DNA of 32,000 bases, taken from contig NC_006512.1 in assembly GCF_000008465.1 (NCBI RefSeq), positions 2,340,001 to 2,372,000 of the forward strand, read 5' to 3'. The notes beneath the pieces are model-generated. The model searched no databases, was not told where the DNA came from, and worked only from the letters and a program-made list of their open reading frames with translations. Shown here in pieces: positions 30,131 through 32,000 of the stretch (positions are counted from its first letter, which is position 1; every line of letters begins with the position of its first letter). A program made the position numbers and the translations under genes. This DNA comes from Idiomarina loihiensis L2TR (GTDB lineage: Bacteria > Pseudomonadota > Gammaproteobacteria > Enterobacterales > Alteromonadaceae).

Positions 30131-30862
30131 ATGCGAGTACCGCGGATTTATCACCCCGCCTCTATAAGCTTACAAAATGAAACCGAATTGAGTGCGGATG
30201 CTTTCCAGCACCTGATCAAAGTATTGCGTTTGAACGTAGGTGATAGCATTGTTTTATTTAACGGTGACGGCCAGAACTACGAGGCGAAAATTACCTCAGT
30301 GCAAAAAAAGTCAGCGCAGTTTGTTGCAACCAGCAGTCAGGCTAACGCATCTGAGTCACCGGTCAATATTCATTTGGCGCAAGTTGTTTCACGCGGCGAC
30401 CGCATGGACTTTGTACTGCAAAAGTCGGTAGAGCTGGGAGTAACCGAAATTACCCCGCTGTTCAGTGAGCGCTGTGGTGTGAAATTAAGTGGCGACAGGC
30501 TGGAAAAGAAACAACTGCAATGGCAGAAAATTGTCCATTCTGCCTGCGAGCAATGTGGCCGTAGCGTGGTTCCACAAGTGAAGCCAGCACAGCAACTCAC
30601 TGATTTTATTGCAAGCAGCTTTGAAGGGTTGCGCCTGACCTTAGACCCAACCGCCACCCAGCCGTTGTCGTCATTTCAGCAGGCCGAGAAGGGAATACAA
30701 TTATTGATTGGTCCTGAGGGCGGGTTCACTGATACTGAAGTCAGTGCCGCCGGACAGCTGGGGTTTAAACCCATGCGTTTAGGACCAAGAATATTAAGAA
30801 CAGAAACCGCCGCGCTTTCAGCGCTAACCGCCGTGCAGTATCAGTTTGGCGACTTAAGCTAA
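30131..30862 (+). CDS. rsmE: 16S rRNA (uracil1498-N3)-methyltransferase
   Basis: 'MRVPRIYHP' is the typical RsmE start. It also has the PUA-like N-terminal domain and the SPOUT C-terminus 'LLIGPEGGFTDTEV......LGPRILRTETAALSAL'. The ORF-track start at 30059 is an upstream extension. Confidence 0.9.
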   Translation: MRVPRIYHPASISLQNETELSADAFQHLIKVLRLNVGDSIVLFNGDGQNYEAKITSVQKKSAQFVATSSQANASESPVNIHLAQVVSRGDRMDFVLQKSVELGVTEITPLFSERCGVKLSGDRLEKKQLQWQKIVHSACEQCGRSVVPQVKPAQQLTDFIASSFEGLRLTLDPTATQPLSSFQQAEKGIQLLIGPEGGFTDTEVSAAGQLGFKPMRLGPRILRTETAALSALTAVQYQFGDLS

Positions 30863-30872
30863 AGGAGTTTAC

Positions 30873-31817
30873 ATGAAGAAGTTAGCTATGGTGATGGACC
30901 CTATCGCCACCGTTAAAACCGAAAAAGACACCAGTTTTCGTTTATTGCTGGAAGCTCAGGCGCGTGGTTATCAGTGTTTTTATCTGGAAATGGGCGACTT
31001 AGTCATTGATAACGGCCAGCCAATGGCCTTTGCGCGGGAAGTTCGTGTTCAAGATCAAAAGACAGACTTTTACAGCTTAAGCGACAATGAATACCGCCCG
31101 CTGGAGGATTTTGACGTCATTATGATGCGTAAAGATCCGCCTTTTGACAGCGAGTTTTTATACGCCACACAAATTCTGGAACTGGCCGAACAGCGCGGTA
31201 GCCTGGTGGTGAATAAACCGCAAAGCCTGCGCGACTGTAACGAAAAGCTTTTTACTTCGTGGTTCGCAGACTCTATTGCCGACACGCTAGTGAGTTCCAG
31301 AGCGGATGTCATTAAAGCTTTCCATAAAAAACACGGTGAAGTGATTTTAAAGCCGCTGGACGGTATGGGCGGCGCTTCAATTTTTAAAGTGGGCGCCGAT
31401 GGTAGTAACTTAGGCGTTATTATTGAAACTCTGACCGAAAAAGGTCAGCGCTACGCCATGGTGCAAAAGTACTTGCCAGAAATTAAAGACGGCGACAAAC
31501 GTATTTTAATTATTGATGGTGAGCCTGTGCCTTATTCTTTAGCCCGTATTCCCAGTGCCGGAGAAACTCGCGGAAACCTTGCCGCTGGTGGCAGCGGCCG
31601 CGCCCAGCCTTTATCGGACAGTGACTGGGCTCTGGCTCGTAAAGTGGCACCAGAACTGAAAAAGCGTGGGCTCATTATTGTTGGACTGGACGTTATTGGC
31701 GACCGCATTACAGAAATTAATGTGACCAGCCCGACTTGCATGCGCGAAATTGAAAACGCCTACGACATCAATATTGCTGAATTGGTCTTTAAGGCAATAG
31801 AAGAAAAGTTGAATTGA
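30873..31817 (+). CDS. gshB: Glutathione synthetase
   Basis: 314 aa. 'MDPIATVKTEKDTSFRLLLEAQARG', 'ILKPLDGMGGASIF' and 'IPSAGETRGNLAAGG' match the ATP-grasp GshB. It follows the rsmE-gshB-yqgE synteny. Confidence 0.95.
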   Translation: MKKLAMVMDPIATVKTEKDTSFRLLLEAQARGYQCFYLEMGDLVIDNGQPMAFAREVRVQDQKTDFYSLSDNEYRPLEDFDVIMMRKDPPFDSEFLYATQILELAEQRGSLVVNKPQSLRDCNEKLFTSWFADSIADTLVSSRADVIKAFHKKHGEVILKPLDGMGGASIFKVGADGSNLGVIIETLTEKGQRYAMVQKYLPEIKDGDKRILIIDGEPVPYSLARIPSAGETRGNLAAGGSGRAQPLSDSDWALARKVAPELKKRGLIIVGLDVIGDRITEINVTSPTCMREIENAYDINIAELVFKAIEEKLN

Positions 31818-31877
31818 AATTCAACTATGCGCCCCCATGTTGTAAGTAGAGATTATCGTTAAGGAGTCGGTGAATCG

Positions 31878-32000
31878 ATGAACAGTTTGCAGAACCATTT
31901 ATTGATAGCAACACCTATGCTGAACGATCCAATGTTTAAACGGACCGTGACCTACATCTGCGAGCACAATGAAGAAGGCGCTATGGGCTTAGTTATTAAT
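31878..32000 (+). CDS. yqgE: YqgE/AlgH-family protein (5' partial, runs off the window)
   Basis: My own translation from the ATG at 31878 is '[41 protein letters not shown]'. It parallels E. coli YqgE '[40 protein letters not shown]'. AAGGAG lies upstream. Confidence 0.85.
   Translation, partial: MNSLQNHLLIATPMLNDPMFKRTVTYICEHNEEGAMGLVIN

Noticed and set aside
31807-31824. Inverted repeat GTTGAATT-ga-AATTCAAC spanning the gshB stop codon, as a possible terminator
   Set aside because: The stem is AT-rich with an effectively tiny loop and no following U-tract. yqgE starts 54 nt later and is probably co-transcribed.

Overview
This window looks like chromosomal DNA from a marine gammaproteobacterium, possibly Alteromonadales (a low-confidence guess from protein sequences and synteny). 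It is mostly conserved housekeeping genes. On the minus strand these are rpsU-dnaG-rpoD, queA-tgt, a DUF47 gene with pitA, an MCP, a DUF481 porin-like gene, tkt-epd-pgk-fba and metK. On the plus strand they are rsmE-gshB-yqgE. The left end holds two LysR regulators, a DMT transporter and a KefG/F-like flavoprotein. The stand-out region is an AT-rich four-gene islet at 4187-7311, between a LysR gene and the 3' end of tRNA-Ile2(CAU). I counted about 32% G+C in sampled lines inside it, against about 45-47% in flanking DNA. Three of its genes form a translationally coupled minus-strand operon: a GNAT acetyltransferase, an ImmA/IrrE (M78) zinc peptidase and a Beta-family (PF14350, P4-beta/sce7725-like) protein. 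A sce7726/MmcB-like PD-(D/E)xK nuclease gene converges on this operon and overlaps its 3' end. The islet has no integrase and no XRE/HTH partner gene. An 18/19-nt direct repeat brackets it (3884-3902 and 7450-7468). I propose it as a candidate uncharacterised defence, abortive-infection or toxin-antitoxin-like module. Secondary oddities are a NarX-like sensor kinase that appears to lack both the phospho-acceptor His and the N-box Asn, an amidohydrolase gene overlapping the rpoD stop codon, and an atypical membrane Ser/Thr kinase with a non-ATG start next to a PilZ protein. Several small repeats and palindromes lie in intergenic regions. All domain calls come from reading motifs by eye; no searches were run.
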